NCBI GenBank assembly: GCA_965209155.1
Contig: OZ242383.1
Span: 2,080,001-2,144,000, forward strand
DNA from: a bacterium
GTDB lineage: Bacteria > SAR324 > NAC60-12
Reading direction: 5' to 3'
Length of the DNA stretch: 64,000 nt
Shown here: positions 51,453 through 62,332 of the stretch, one piece after another
Layout: each line of letters starts with the position of its first letter
Position numbering within the stretch: position 1 is the first letter of the stretch
The notes under the pieces: model-generated
The model's input: the letters and a program-made list of their open reading frames with translations, nothing else
The model's database searches: none
Told to the model about the DNA's origin: nothing
Program-made: the position numbers and the translations under genes

Positions 51453-52502
51453 TCACACCCCGATTACGTCTAAACTGGGAATTGAAGATTTGATGGGAAT
51501 GGTGTCGATATTTTTGGCTTCCAGTTTGGCCAGATCGTAACGGATTTTTGAGAGGGGCAATTCCAAATTATCGGTCTCCACCTGAATATTGTATTCCGTA
51601 AACGCACCGCCTCGATTGACTGTCGGTTCATCCCCATAAAGGTTGTTTTGATCCAGGTAAACTTCAACCTGCGTTGTTTTCCGATTGGCGACATTGAATA
51701 AGAGAAGGACTTTTTTTTCCGCATTGATAGTACCGTATAGATTCAAAAGAAACATCCGCAGCAGTTCCAACTTTTGAGCAACCGTCTTCACTTGGGGATT
51801 GATCCAGACACCAGCTTCTGATTCCATGATCGTGTCGATTATTTTTAATCCATAGTTACGAATCGCGCTGCCGGTTTGGGTAATCTCCAAACCAATATCC
51901 GCCCCCTTGTTTTTCAGTTTGGCTTCCGTCTTTCCCCAGGTTTCGTAGATCACGATTCCCTTTTCGATCTTTGGAGGAGTTTTATATTTTTGTACGGAAA
52001 ATTCAGAAAATGACTTAAACAATTTCAGTTTTTTCAATTCGTCTTGCAACCAGTTGATAGCCAGATATGGCATTTCAGATACAACCGTGATCCGGTTTTG
52101 GGACGCCGTCACAATTTTGAGGAATTCGTCAATCGAGTTGCTGGGGTGGAAACCATCGACAATGCCAACCAGCTTCACTTTCCCTCTATTCAATGGCAGA
52201 ATTTTTTCCAGATGGACGTCGGTGCCATATTCCAATTTCCATTCTAGCACACGCTCTTTGATCCAATCGTCTCCGCCAATCGCAACGTCCAGTTCTCCGA
52301 TTGCCAATTGGGCGCCAAACTCCTGGGGTCGGCCATCCCACCCGTAGAGGAAAGGCGTGGTGGTAAATTCAATGGGGCCTCCCACGTCATAGCCGGTTGT
52401 CCAAAATCCCGAGTCTTTTAAAAATTGACCGAGATCGCCTCCACGTTTGGGGTCCGCCAATGATCCTGCCGGTAATCCAATTTTTAACCCATGTTGAGTC
52501 AT
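51453..52502 (-). CDS. hisG: ATP phosphoribosyltransferase, divergent long form
   Basis: IGLPAGSL, RPQE, GDDW, WGKTEAK and EITQTGSAIRNYGL; adjacent to hisI. Confidence 0.8.
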   Translation of the reverse strand: MTQHGLKIGLPAGSLADPKRGGDLGQFLKDSGFWTTGYDVGGPIEFTTTPFLYGWDGRPQEFGAQLAIGELDVAIGGDDWIKERVLEWKLEYGTDVHLEKILPLNRGKVKLVGIVDGFHPSNSIDEFLKIVTASQNRITVVSEMPYLAINWLQDELKKLKLFKSFSEFSVQKYKTPPKIEKGIVIYETWGKTEAKLKNKGADIGLEITQTGSAIRNYGLKIIDTIMESEAGVWINPQVKTVAQKLELLRMFLLNLYGTINAEKKVLLLFNVANRKTTQVEVYLDQNNLYGDEPTVNRGGAFTEYNIQVETDNLELPLSKIRYDLAKLEAKNIDTIPIKSSIPSLDVIGV

Positions 52503-52572
52503 ATGACGATTTACAGGTTTGAGAATGCAATAGACCTTGATATTTTGTTTCGTGTCATGTCGGCATCGTGCT

Positions 52573-52962
52573 TCAGTCTCCGACCACCAACAACGATTGA
52601 TCTTCCAGAATTTTTCGATAGTAACAGGATTTGTAAGGAAAACCATTTACTTTTTTAGCATGGCAGGCTCCTTTGCCTTGCGGGGTGACGAGATAGAGGA
52701 GTGAATTTTGTTCACAATTGATGCGGATTTCACGGATTTTCAACATGTCTCCGGAAGTCACTCCCTTTTTCCAAATTTCCTGACGGCTACGGCTGTAATA
52801 GGTGGCATAACGGCTTTTGTAAGTTTCTTCAAACGCTTCTCGATTGACAAAAGACAAAATCAGCACTTCCCGGGTATCGTAGTCCTGAGTGACTACCGGA
52901 AGCAGGGCATTGCCATCCTTGCCAAAATCCAACATCAATTCATTGGTGTACTCTTTGTTCAT
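52573..52962 (-). CDS. hisI: Phosphoribosyl-AMP cyclohydrolase
   Basis: LLPVVTQD, YYSRSRQEIWKKGVTSG and ACH...SCY. Confidence 0.87.
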   Translation of the reverse strand: MNKEYTNELMLDFGKDGNALLPVVTQDYDTREVLILSFVNREAFEETYKSRYATYYSRSRQEIWKKGVTSGDMLKIREIRINCEQNSLLYLVTPQGKGACHAKKVNGFPYKSCYYRKILEDQSLLVVGD

Positions 52963-53031
52963 TTAATTTTCCTGATGCAATTTCCCGGATTATGATCCTA
53001 TGATTGTTGAAAGTTTGCTAATGAGCGTTTA

Positions 53032-54783
53032 TTATTTTTTAGGCAAGTAAAGATCAGTGATAGTGCCTTCAAAGGCTTCAGCCGACATGGCAATGGTTTC
53101 CGATAGGGTCGGATGAGGATGGACAGTTAAACCTATATCCTGCGCATCACATCCCATTTCAATAGCAAGCGCGACCTCGGCAATCAAGTCACCCGCATGG
53201 GGACCGACAATTCCGGCTCCGATCACTTGCTGAGTATTTTCATCAAAAATCAATTTAGTGAGACCTTCATCACGACCTAAACTCAACGATCGGCCACTGG
53301 CTGCCCAAGGGAAGACTCCTTTGCCGACTTTATAATCTTGCGCTTTGGCTTCTTTTTCCGTGAGGCCGACCCATGCTACTTCAGGATCCGTGTAGGCGAC
53401 GGAAGGGATAATTTTTGCCTCAAATCCACTCTTCATTCCTGCGACCGCTTCGGCAGCTACTTTACCTTCGTGGATTGCCTTGTGAGCGAGCATCGGTTCT
53501 CCAACGATGTCGCCAACGGCAAATATATGAGAAATATTGGTCCGCTGTTGGCGATCCACCGGTATGAAACCATGTTCATTCACGTACACCCCCGCTTTTT
53601 CTGCTGCGATCACATTACCATTGGGACGGCGACCAACGGCGACAAGCACCCGGTCGAATATTTCAGATTTCGGGTTTTTTTCTCCCTGTAAATCAACGCG
53701 AATCCCCTCAGGATGGGCTTCCATACGGACTACTTTGGTTTTCAAGTATATATTTTCATACTGTTTTTTGACTCGTCTGTACAAGGGTTTGACAATATCT
53801 TTGTCAGCTATCGGGATGAGGGAATCCATCTGCTCTACGACAGTGATCTGCGATCCCAATTCATAATAAACAGTCGCCATTTCCAGACCAATGATGCCTC
53901 CTCCTACGACAAGCAGTCGTTTGGGAATATCGGCGAGCTGCAAAGCGCCAGTAGAGCCATTTACTCGAGAATCATGGTATGGGAAACCAGGAATTTGCGC
54001 TGTTTGTGAACCGGCAGCGATAATGGCCTGGTCGAAGGAGATTGTTTTGTGTCCCCCCTCTGTTTCCACACTCAGTTGGTGAGAGGAGATAAAGCGCCCG
54101 GCTCCTTGGATGATCCGGATTTCACGCTGCCGGGCCAGAGCCGACAACCCACCTGTTAAGCGCTGAACTACGTCAGATTTCCAGGTCCTCAGTTTATCAA
54201 TGTTTATCTTTGAGAGGGTGAATTCAAGTCCATGCTCCTTCATTTCTTTACATTCCGCAATCACTTTTGCGGCATGTAAAAGAGATTTTGAAGGGATACA
54301 ACCAACATTCAAGCAGACGCCTCCCAAGGAGGAGTAACGCTCCACAAGCAGCGTTTTTTTACCCAGGTCTGCTGCTCGAAATGCTGCAGTGTAACCACCA
54401 GGACCGGAACCCAATACCAATACTTCAGTATTTAAATCAGCATTTCCCACCGATTGTGAAGGACTGGAGGCAGGAGCAATCGGTTTGTCGGGTAACGAGT
54501 CCAAGTGAGGACTTTCACTGGCTCGATCAAACGACGTAACGGGTGTAGTTAGAAGGGTGAGAATTTTAGCACCTTCTGAAACTTTGTCTCCCACTTGTAC
54601 ATGCACTTCCTGGATAATTCCACTTTCGGGAGAAGGGACATCCATGGTCGCTTTATCGCTTTCCAGCGTTATTAAGGAATTTTCCGCATCAATCTGATCG
54701 CCCTCGGAGACAAATACTTCAATGATTTCGATATTTTCGAAATCACCAATGTTTGGCACTTTGATTTCAATGATCTCGCTCAT
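53032..54783 (-). CDS. lpdA: Dihydrolipoamide dehydrogenase with N-terminal lipoyl domain
   Basis: LESDKA, GGVCLNVGCIPSK and HPHPTLSE. Confidence 0.97.
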   Translation of the reverse strand: MSEIIEIKVPNIGDFENIEIIEVFVSEGDQIDAENSLITLESDKATMDVPSPESGIIQEVHVQVGDKVSEGAKILTLLTTPVTSFDRASESPHLDSLPDKPIAPASSPSQSVGNADLNTEVLVLGSGPGGYTAAFRAADLGKKTLLVERYSSLGGVCLNVGCIPSKSLLHAAKVIAECKEMKEHGLEFTLSKINIDKLRTWKSDVVQRLTGGLSALARQREIRIIQGAGRFISSHQLSVETEGGHKTISFDQAIIAAGSQTAQIPGFPYHDSRVNGSTGALQLADIPKRLLVVGGGIIGLEMATVYYELGSQITVVEQMDSLIPIADKDIVKPLYRRVKKQYENIYLKTKVVRMEAHPEGIRVDLQGEKNPKSEIFDRVLVAVGRRPNGNVIAAEKAGVYVNEHGFIPVDRQQRTNISHIFAVGDIVGEPMLAHKAIHEGKVAAEAVAGMKSGFEAKIIPSVAYTDPEVAWVGLTEKEAKAQDYKVGKGVFPWAASGRSLSLGRDEGLTKLIFDENTQQVIGAGIVGPHAGDLIAEVALAIEMGCDAQDIGLTVHPHPTLSETIAMSAEAFEGTITDLYLPKK

Positions 54784-54897
54784 GATTTCTCCTTCTACAA
54801 AATTCTCTGATTGATTGAATGGGGCACACTATTGTCATTTTTATTTACAGACTGCGAATACGCTCACGCTATACTCTGAACAGACGGGTGGTTACTT

Positions 54898-56250
54898 CTA
54901 AAGCAATAAGTTTCGAGGATCTGACAGGATTCCGGACAAGAAGGTGGTGAAGCGGGTAGCCGAGGCACCGTCGATGACACGATGGTCATAGGAAAGCGCC
55001 AATGGCAATATAAGACGTGGAATAAATTCACCGTTTTCATATACGGGTTTCATGGCTGATCGAGACACTCCTAATATCGCAACTTCCGGCGTATTGACTA
55101 TGGGAGTAAACGCTGTTCCCCCAATGCCCCCGAGACTGGAGATTGTGAAAGAAGCTCCTTGCAAATCCTCAGGATGCATTTTTTTTTCTCGAGCTCTCTT
55201 GCTGAGCGCATCCAATTCCTCGGCCAATTCAAACAATCCCTTGCCCTCAACGTTTCGCACAACCGGCACCACCAGTCCTTCCGTCGTATCCACTGCAATC
55301 CCGATATGGTAATACTTTTTTAAAATGAGATGTTCTCCATCGGAATCAAGAGAGGAATTGAAAACGGGAAATCGTTTCAACGCAGTGACGGAAGCCTTCA
55401 TCATGAATGAAAGCAGGGTGACGTTCACCCCTCGCAACTCCCCTTCGGCTTTGAGGTTTTTACGAAATGCTTCCAAAGTGGTGATATCAGCCTCATCGAA
55501 TTGAGTGACGTGGGGTACGTTGAGCCAACTGCGTTGCAGGTTGGCACCTGAAATTTTATTGATACGACTCAATGCCTGCCTTTCAATATCACCAAACTTG
55601 CTATAGTCAATTTGGGGAACAGACGGGATATCCATACCCCTACTTCTAATTCCCGCTTTTTTTTCAGAGCTTGGAAGGGATAGTTCTCCTTTGACGAATT
55701 CCTGTACGTCTTCTTTGAGAATGCGACCTTTAGCACCCGATCCGGGCAAGCCATGCAAGTCCACTCCCAATTCACGGGCAAAACGACGCACCGATGGACT
55801 GGCATGGACTTCCGACGAATCCACTTCGACTGCGGGTGCTGGAAGTGTTGTGGTATGTTGTAAAGGTGCCTCTAATTGTGAAGCGCTTGTTGTCGGGGAT
55901 ACTGAGGGTGGAACAGTAGATTGCCGGATCGGTGTTTCGACCGGAGGAGAGACGGGTAATTTCATTCCAGGCTGCTTCACGCCATCGGGAGTGGGAAGTG
56001 CCGGCATCACCATTTCCCCTTCCTCGATGACGGCAATCAGCGACCCTTCTGAAACATTGTCCCCCACCCTGACTTTCATTTCTTCAATGGTTCCACTGAC
56101 CGGGGAGGGAACTTCCATCGTTGCCTTGTCACTTTCCAGAGTAATCAGGGAGTCTTCTTCATTGACTTGATCCCCGGAGGAAACGAGCACTTCAATAACC
56201 TCCACTTCCTGAAAATCTCCGATATCCGGTAAAAACACTTCTCTTGACAT
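54898..56250 (-). CDS. aceF: Pyruvate dehydrogenase E2 acetyltransferase
   Basis: One lipoyl domain (ESDKA), HASPSVRRFARE and DHRVIDG. Confidence 0.96.
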   Translation of the reverse strand: MSREVFLPDIGDFQEVEVIEVLVSSGDQVNEEDSLITLESDKATMEVPSPVSGTIEEMKVRVGDNVSEGSLIAVIEEGEMVMPALPTPDGVKQPGMKLPVSPPVETPIRQSTVPPSVSPTTSASQLEAPLQHTTTLPAPAVEVDSSEVHASPSVRRFARELGVDLHGLPGSGAKGRILKEDVQEFVKGELSLPSSEKKAGIRSRGMDIPSVPQIDYSKFGDIERQALSRINKISGANLQRSWLNVPHVTQFDEADITTLEAFRKNLKAEGELRGVNVTLLSFMMKASVTALKRFPVFNSSLDSDGEHLILKKYYHIGIAVDTTEGLVVPVVRNVEGKGLFELAEELDALSKRAREKKMHPEDLQGASFTISSLGGIGGTAFTPIVNTPEVAILGVSRSAMKPVYENGEFIPRLILPLALSYDHRVIDGASATRFTTFLSGILSDPRNLLL

Positions 56251-56278
56251 GCTTCATACTCCCTGTGTTCGTTACTGC

Positions 56279-58948
56279 CTATACTGTTGCTGGATAAGGC
56301 TTTTCCACATCAATACTATACTTTTTTATGGCTTCCACAACTTTTTCCGGGGGAACCGATCCTTCATCCGCTAAGGCTTTCAAAGTTGCCAGCGCGACGT
56401 AGTAGCGGTTCACTTCAAAAAACTGTCGTAATTTGACACGGGTATCACTTCGACCAAATCCGTCGGTTCCCAGAACCAGAAAACGTTGGGGAACATTTGC
56501 GCGGATTTGATTGGCATAATTTCTCATGTAATCGGTTGCTGCCACGACCACTCCTTTATGATGCGCGAGACACTTTGTGACGTAGCTGATTTTTGGTTTT
56601 TCCTCAGGGTGCAACATGTTCCAGCGTTGTACCTGGTCTCCCTCCCGTGCCAATTCATTGAAGCTGGTGACACTCCAGATATCAGCAGACACTCTGAAGT
56701 CCTGTTCCAGCAAATCCGCTGCAGCAATCACTTCACGTAAGATCGTACCACTGCCCAGTAATTGTACTTCGCTTTTCCTGTCCTCAGTCCGGCTTTGTCG
56801 TAACAAATACATGCCCTTGCGGATTCCTTCTTCACAACCTTTCGGCATTTGTGGATGCGTATAATTTTCATTCATGACCGTGATGTAATAATAGATGTTT
56901 TCATGTTCCCGGAACATCCGGCGTAATCCATCTTGGATGATAACGGCCAATTCATAGGCGAAAGCAGGATCATATGAAATACAATTGGGGATGGTGGAAG
57001 CAAGAATATGGCTATGACCGTCTTGATGTTGCAATCCTTCTCCCGCCAGCGTCGTCCGTCCGGCAGTGCCTCCCAGGAGAAACCCCCGCGCTTGCATGTC
57101 ACCGGCGGCCCAAGCGAGATCTCCAATGCGTTGCATACCAAACATGGAATAATATATATAAAATGGAATCATATTCATGCCATGATTGCTGTATGCGGTA
57201 CCAGCGGCCATCCATGATGAGAATGCCCCGGCTTCGGTGATCCCTTCCTGGAGAACCTGGCCTTTTTTGTCTTCTTTGTAATACATCAAATGGTCCGCGT
57301 CTTCCGGACTATATAGTTGCCCTTTTGGAGAATAAATTCCCAATTGACGGAACATTCCCTCCATGCCGAAAGTGCGGGATTCATCGGGTACGATGGGAAC
57401 CACGTAGCGTCCGATTTTTTTATCCCGAGCCAGCGTATTGAGAATACGGACAAAGGCCATGGTGGTTGATATTTCTCGTTCACCCGTACCTTTGAGTTGC
57501 GTATCAAAGGCTTGCAGATCTGGAATTTCCAGGGGCGAACTCACAGTATTTCGTGTCGGGAAAACGCCTCCTAAGGCTTCGCGACGCTCTTTGAGGTATC
57601 GGATTTCCGGGCTGTTTTCGGCAGGTCGATAGAAGGGCGCTTCCTTGATTTCCTGGTCGGAAATGGGAATGCTGAATCGATCACGGAATTTTTTCAAAGC
57701 ATCCTCTCCCATCTTCTTTTGCTGGTGGGTGACGTTTTGTCCTTCTCCGGATTCACCCATGCCATATCCTTTCACCGTCTTTGCCAGAATCACGGTGGGC
57801 TGACCTTTGTGTTTAATGGCAGCCGCATAAGCGGCATAGACTTTATGAGGATCATGCCCTCCCCGGTTCAGTCGCCAAATGTCCTCATCGCTCATGTTGG
57901 AGACCATTTCTGACAATTCCGGGTATTTGCCGAAAAAATTCTCTCGCGTGTAGGCGCCCCCCTTGGCTTTAAATGCCTGGTATTCGCCATCCACGGCCTC
58001 TTCCATGCGTTTACGCAGCAATCCTTTGGTGTCACGTGCCAGCAGTGGGTCCCAGTAACTGCCCCAAATCACCTTAATCACGTTCCATCCCGCCCCTCGG
58101 AAGATACCTTCCAACTCTTGAATAATTTTTCCGTTGCCCCTTACCGGACCATCCAGACGTTGTAAATTACAGTTGATCACAAAAATCAGGTTGTCCAATT
58201 CCTCTCGTCCTGCCAACGAGATGGCTCCCAAGGATTCGGGTTCATCGGTTTCTCCGTCTCCGACAAATGCCCAGACTTTACGCCCCTCCGTTTTCAACAG
58301 ACTTCGGTTTTGCAAGTATTTCATGAAGCGTGCTTGATAAATAGCCATGATGGGGCCCAATCCCATGGAAACCGTGGGGAATTGCCAAAAATCCGGCATG
58401 AGCCAGGGATGGGGATAGGAAGAAAGTCCCGAACCACCTGTTTCCTGTCTGAATTTTATCAAATCTTCTTCACTCAATCGTCCTTCCAGGAAACAACGGG
58501 CATACATCCCAGGTGTGGAGTGTCCCTGAAAAAATACCAGGTCTCCTCCATGGTTCTCACCAGGCGCATGCCAGAAATGGTTCATTCCGATATCATATAA
58601 AGTTGCTGAGGAAGCGAAACTGGCAATATGGCCCCCGAGTTCCGTGGTGATGCGATTAGCCCGCACCACCATTGCCAAAGCGTTCCAGCGTACATAGGAA
58701 CGAATCCTCCACTCCAATTCCATGTTACCCGGACTCCGTTCTTCCTGGTTTGGAGGGATCGTGTTCAGGTAAGCGGTATTGGGATCATAGGATAAATGCG
58801 CCCCGGAACGTCTTGCCTCGTCAATGAGCCTTTCCAACAAATAGTGCGTGCGATCTATACCGGCATGCTGAATTACTCCACGGAGGGCTTCTAACCATTC
58901 ACGGGTTTCAGTGGGATCTATATCGATTTGTTCAAGGTCGTCGCTCAT
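56279..58948 (-). CDS. aceE: Pyruvate dehydrogenase E1, homodimeric type
   Basis: GGHIAS, FPTVSMGLGP, GDGETDEPES and GEGLQHQDGHS. Confidence 0.98.
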   Translation of the reverse strand: MSDDLEQIDIDPTETREWLEALRGVIQHAGIDRTHYLLERLIDEARRSGAHLSYDPNTAYLNTIPPNQEERSPGNMELEWRIRSYVRWNALAMVVRANRITTELGGHIASFASSATLYDIGMNHFWHAPGENHGGDLVFFQGHSTPGMYARCFLEGRLSEEDLIKFRQETGGSGLSSYPHPWLMPDFWQFPTVSMGLGPIMAIYQARFMKYLQNRSLLKTEGRKVWAFVGDGETDEPESLGAISLAGREELDNLIFVINCNLQRLDGPVRGNGKIIQELEGIFRGAGWNVIKVIWGSYWDPLLARDTKGLLRKRMEEAVDGEYQAFKAKGGAYTRENFFGKYPELSEMVSNMSDEDIWRLNRGGHDPHKVYAAYAAAIKHKGQPTVILAKTVKGYGMGESGEGQNVTHQQKKMGEDALKKFRDRFSIPISDQEIKEAPFYRPAENSPEIRYLKERREALGGVFPTRNTVSSPLEIPDLQAFDTQLKGTGEREISTTMAFVRILNTLARDKKIGRYVVPIVPDESRTFGMEGMFRQLGIYSPKGQLYSPEDADHLMYYKEDKKGQVLQEGITEAGAFSSWMAAGTAYSNHGMNMIPFYIYYSMFGMQRIGDLAWAAGDMQARGFLLGGTAGRTTLAGEGLQHQDGHSHILASTIPNCISYDPAFAYELAVIIQDGLRRMFREHENIYYYITVMNENYTHPQMPKGCEEGIRKGMYLLRQSRTEDRKSEVQLLGSGTILREVIAAADLLEQDFRVSADIWSVTSFNELAREGDQVQRWNMLHPEEKPKISYVTKCLAHHKGVVVAATDYMRNYANQIRANVPQRFLVLGTDGFGRSDTRVKLRQFFEVNRYYVALATLKALADEGSVPPEKVVEAIKKYSIDVEKPYPATV

Positions 58949-59129
58949 TTCACCTCCTCTCGATTGTGTTCGAACCTGATTTCCTTCTCATAGTATAGCC
59001 TCCTGCATCACTTTTTAAAAAGACTAAATGTCCATATCACATTTCGGACTGGTTGAAAAGTTTTCAAAATGTATAATTCCGAAAAATAATAGGACGAAGC
59101 AAATGATACCAGGATGACCGTGATGCGCT

Positions 59130-59224
59130 GGAGCATTGCTGGTAGGCAAGGCATTGCGCACCACACTATCCTGGATGGCATCAGCCAGAATGGGATCATC
59201 AATGAACCGATACCATTTTTCCAC
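59130..59224 (-). pseudogene. IS21 IstB helper ATPase remnant
   Basis: EKWYRFIDDPILADAIQDSVVRNA resembles the IstB W...DPxLADAILDRxxHNA motif. Confidence 0.65.
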
Positions 59225-59269
59225 AAAAAATTGTTATTAGAGAAGATTTAAAGGCAATGAGCGCTTGAT

Positions 59270-59613
59270 AGAGGTGGTCAACCTTTCACTCAACACCCCG
59301 AAGGCCGGGGAAGGTGGCTCGATCATCGAGCTTTTTTTTGGTCGACCCGGACGCACCGGCCAATCCCGATTACAAGGAACCTGCCCTGGAGCAAACCGGC
59401 TTTCGGCTCCTCGCACACGAAGTTGACGACGATGAGATGGACGAAGCGATTGCCTGTCTCGAGCGTAAAGGCATCGCAATCCATTCGGCGCACCCGACCA
59501 ATCCGGCCCGCTGGTTCAGGGACCCCGACGGGAACCAGACCGTCGTCTTCCCCCTCCAGCGGTTATCAGATGTACAAGAGACTGGACGAAACCAATTAGA
59601 GGAGTTTCTGTGA
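59270..59613 (+). pseudogene. VOC/glyoxalase-family gene fragment, frameshifted
   Basis: WFRDPDGN motif; upstream GSIIELF frame shifts at a T8 run near 59332-59339. Confidence 0.6.
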
Positions 59614-59900
59614 CAGGGACAATGGAACAACGCCCCTTCGGGCGTACAGGGGAGACGGTCAGCCTCATCGGGCTGGGTGGCGCCGCGCTCCATAAGCACA
59701 GCTATCAGCACGGGCTGGCCACCGTCAAACATGCGCTGGATCTGGGGATCAGCTATTTTGATACCTCTCCTGGGTATGGCATCGGGGGCCCTGAGGGGAA
59801 GTGGATCAGCCGGGGGAGTCGCAGCGCATTGTGGGTGAGGGGCTCAAGGGGACGAGCAAGCCGCACCTGCTGGCCACGAAGATCAATGCCTGGCAGGCTT
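59610..59900 (+). pseudogene. Aldo/keto reductase N-terminal fragment
   Basis: RPFGRTGETVSLIGLG and YFDTSPGYG; second frame ESQRIVGEGL...LATK; truncated. Confidence 0.75.
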
Positions 59901-60162
59901 CCAATCATCCGGGCAAAGGTGTCTTCAACGGAGCGCTCTTCCAGGATGTGCGCCTCCTCGAGTTGGCCCGGAAAATCCGGGGACAGTTACCGATATTTAA
60001 TAAGAAATAGGTCACTCATTTGAGGAATTTCCAAGAAAAAAAACTCTTTCCCGTCCACAAATCAGGGTAACCCATTTATGTGTAGTCCTCAGGATTCAAC
60101 GCTACAATTTTTTATAAACGCACCATTTATTTCAAGAGTTGGAGTCTTTTCTTCAAATTGGA

Positions 60163-60447
60163 TCAAAGGAACGCTCCAGTCACTTTTTTTCCATTGGATG
60201 TTTTTTTACCGGGAGCATTTCGACAATAAGAAACAAAATCACTCACGCTGGGAATCGACGAATCTCTCCTAAACTTCGATTCTACCACCGTTCCTGTTAA
60301 ATCTTTTTTGTAGGGAGACAGAGCCAGTAAAACCGCTCTCAGATTATTCTCTAATTTAACTTCAAGTAGCCGCTTATCTGACTCATCAATGATACAAAGG
60401 TAATTATTGTTTGAATGTAAATCAATTCCTGCATATAATTTTCCCAT
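60163..60447 (-). pseudogene. IS110-family recombinase, internally deleted
   Basis: N-terminal YAGIDLHS...VVES fused to C-domain-like SVSDFVSYCR...KTSNGKK. Confidence 0.8.
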
Positions 60448-60529
60448 GAGGCATCTCCTGGTTATGGTAAAAATAATAATTGGTGAAAAATTAATATTAC
60501 CATAATCCGAGACGATGTCTCACCTCCTG

Positions 60530-60988
60530 CTAGATGTTTATCAGGTCGGGATTAAGGCACGGATTAAGGTTGTGGAATCCGCCGTCTACTCGTCGATGAT
60601 CGTCGAAGGAAAGCACCAGTCCATGATTTCCAGCGATTGGTGGAACAGTCAGCATCCCCTGATTTCTTTCACCTACTTTTACGACCAAAAAATTGTGTAC
60701 AACTATTCCCGCTTGAATGACGAGCATTTTGTATATGTCTTTGATCAGCTGAAGAAAACCCTGGATCGTGAGGAGTCTGTCAAGACTTTCAGGGAGCTCA
60801 TTCTCTACACAATGGAACAAAGCTATATGATTGCCGGGGCTCCTGAGGCGGACCTGATTTACTGGTAACCTTGGATAAAAAACTATCATGGCGCACCGAA
60901 TCTACGGTATAGCCGGTGGCATGGGATCAGCAAGTTCAACTGGGTTGACCAAGACGTAAAGGAAAAGCACACCGGAAGTCGTGGTTAA
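60530..60988 (+). pseudogene. C-terminal fragment of a peptide ABC substrate-binding protein with in-frame stop
   Basis: YNYSRLND...IYW*PWIKNYHG...WVDQDVK; TAA at 60866-60868. Confidence 0.65.
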
Positions 60989-61118
60989 GACAGGGGAGGA
61001 AGGAAAATTTTCTCCTGAAAATCTCCCCTGGCCGTTCCACATCGGCTGCTGTCGAGTAGGAGTTTGAAGGGGGGACAGGGATTTTCCTCCAACAACCTTT
61101 GCTGAAGAGAAGGGAATC

Positions 61119-61553
61119 ATGGTTACTTACTTATTCAGAAGATTATTACTGGTGATCCCCACTTTTCTCATAGTGACCTCCATCGTCTTCTTCACCATGC
61201 GCTTGACCTGCACCATGATGCTGGAGGTGCCCCGGCAGGACTATATCCGGACCACATGGGCCAAGGGACTCAGGGAACGATTGGTTACGATGCGGCACGT
61301 GTTGAAGAATACGCTGATCCCGGTGGTCACGATGGTCGGGCTTCAGTTGCCTGTCATGATTGGGGGAGCTGTGTTAGTGGAACTCATTTTTGGTCTGCCC
61401 GGAGTGGGGATGCTTCTGGTGAAATCGCTTAATACCAGAGACTATACAATCGTCTCTGGAGTCAATCTGTTTATGGCGGCCTTTGTGTTAGTCACAAATT
61501 TATTCGTAGACATCAGCTACGCCTGGCTGGACCCTCGGATCCGGTATAAATAA
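61119..61553 (+). pseudogene. DppB/OppB-like permease with large internal deletion
   Basis: N-terminus YLFRRLLLVIPT...FFTMRL joined directly to TMMLEV.RQDYIRT..AKGL...LDPRI; only 144 aa. Confidence 0.8.
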
Positions 61554-61646
61554 ACAGTGAGTCCAATGATCCAAGTTCAATGTAAATACGGAAAAATGGA
61601 AGTACGAACCGAGCAACTAGAGGTGGTCGCCATGATGGGCTGAAGA

Positions 61647-62147
61647 TCACGAAGGAAAACTGAACCGGGTCGCGTTCTCGAATACGCCGGTCCACACCAA
61701 TACCGTTTTTGGTGTGAGGACGCAGACATCCTCCCGGAAGTCGGCAGCAGTCTGATTGAATTTGTACTTTGCATTGGAAGCGTCGGCCACACGGGAAGCG
61801 AGTTCGGCAGCAAGTCCGGTCACCACCACGACACCCTCTACGATGACCGGACTCGTCGTGTTATCCAGGGTCAGGCAGGCTTTTGGATTCACTGTTAGGT
61901 TACGACGCCAGCGGACGTTCGGGTGACCTCCAAAGTAGAAGACATCGTCTACCCATATTCCGTCTATGGGGCGAGCAATAGGCACTGCGTTGCTGTCAGC
62001 GGTGGAAATCCAATAATTTATTGCGGCAGCAAGGCGACTGCTGACCGACTGCCATTCCATGAGCGGTGTGTCTTCGTTCAGCCCATAGTCGGCCGGCAAC
62101 TTAATGCGGGCGGCCAAGATTTCATTTGACTGGCATAATTTGTACAC
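61647..62147 (-). CDS. Pyridoxamine 5'-phosphate oxidase-like flavin/F420-binding protein
   Basis: YWIST, P.ARPIDGIW, RNLTVNP, VIVEG and ATRF. Confidence 0.75.
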   Translation of the reverse strand: MYKLCQSNEILAARIKLPADYGLNEDTPLMEWQSVSSRLAAAINYWISTADSNAVPIARPIDGIWVDDVFYFGGHPNVRWRRNLTVNPKACLTLDNTTSPVIVEGVVVVTGLAAELASRVADASNAKYKFNQTAADFREDVCVLTPKTVLVWTGVFENATRFSFPS

Positions 62148-62332
62148 CTCTATTCATTCTGAAATGTATGGAACATGTCTACCTCATATCAACTGCATCC
62201 TTGACTGTAGCATTCCACTTGTCTTTGTAAGACCCACAACACAGCGTATTCCACTCCGTTCGATCTCCGATTCCACCAATCTTCGATTACTGAACCCCGA
62301 CCTTGTTGCTATTGAGTGTCCTCGTCATTCTC

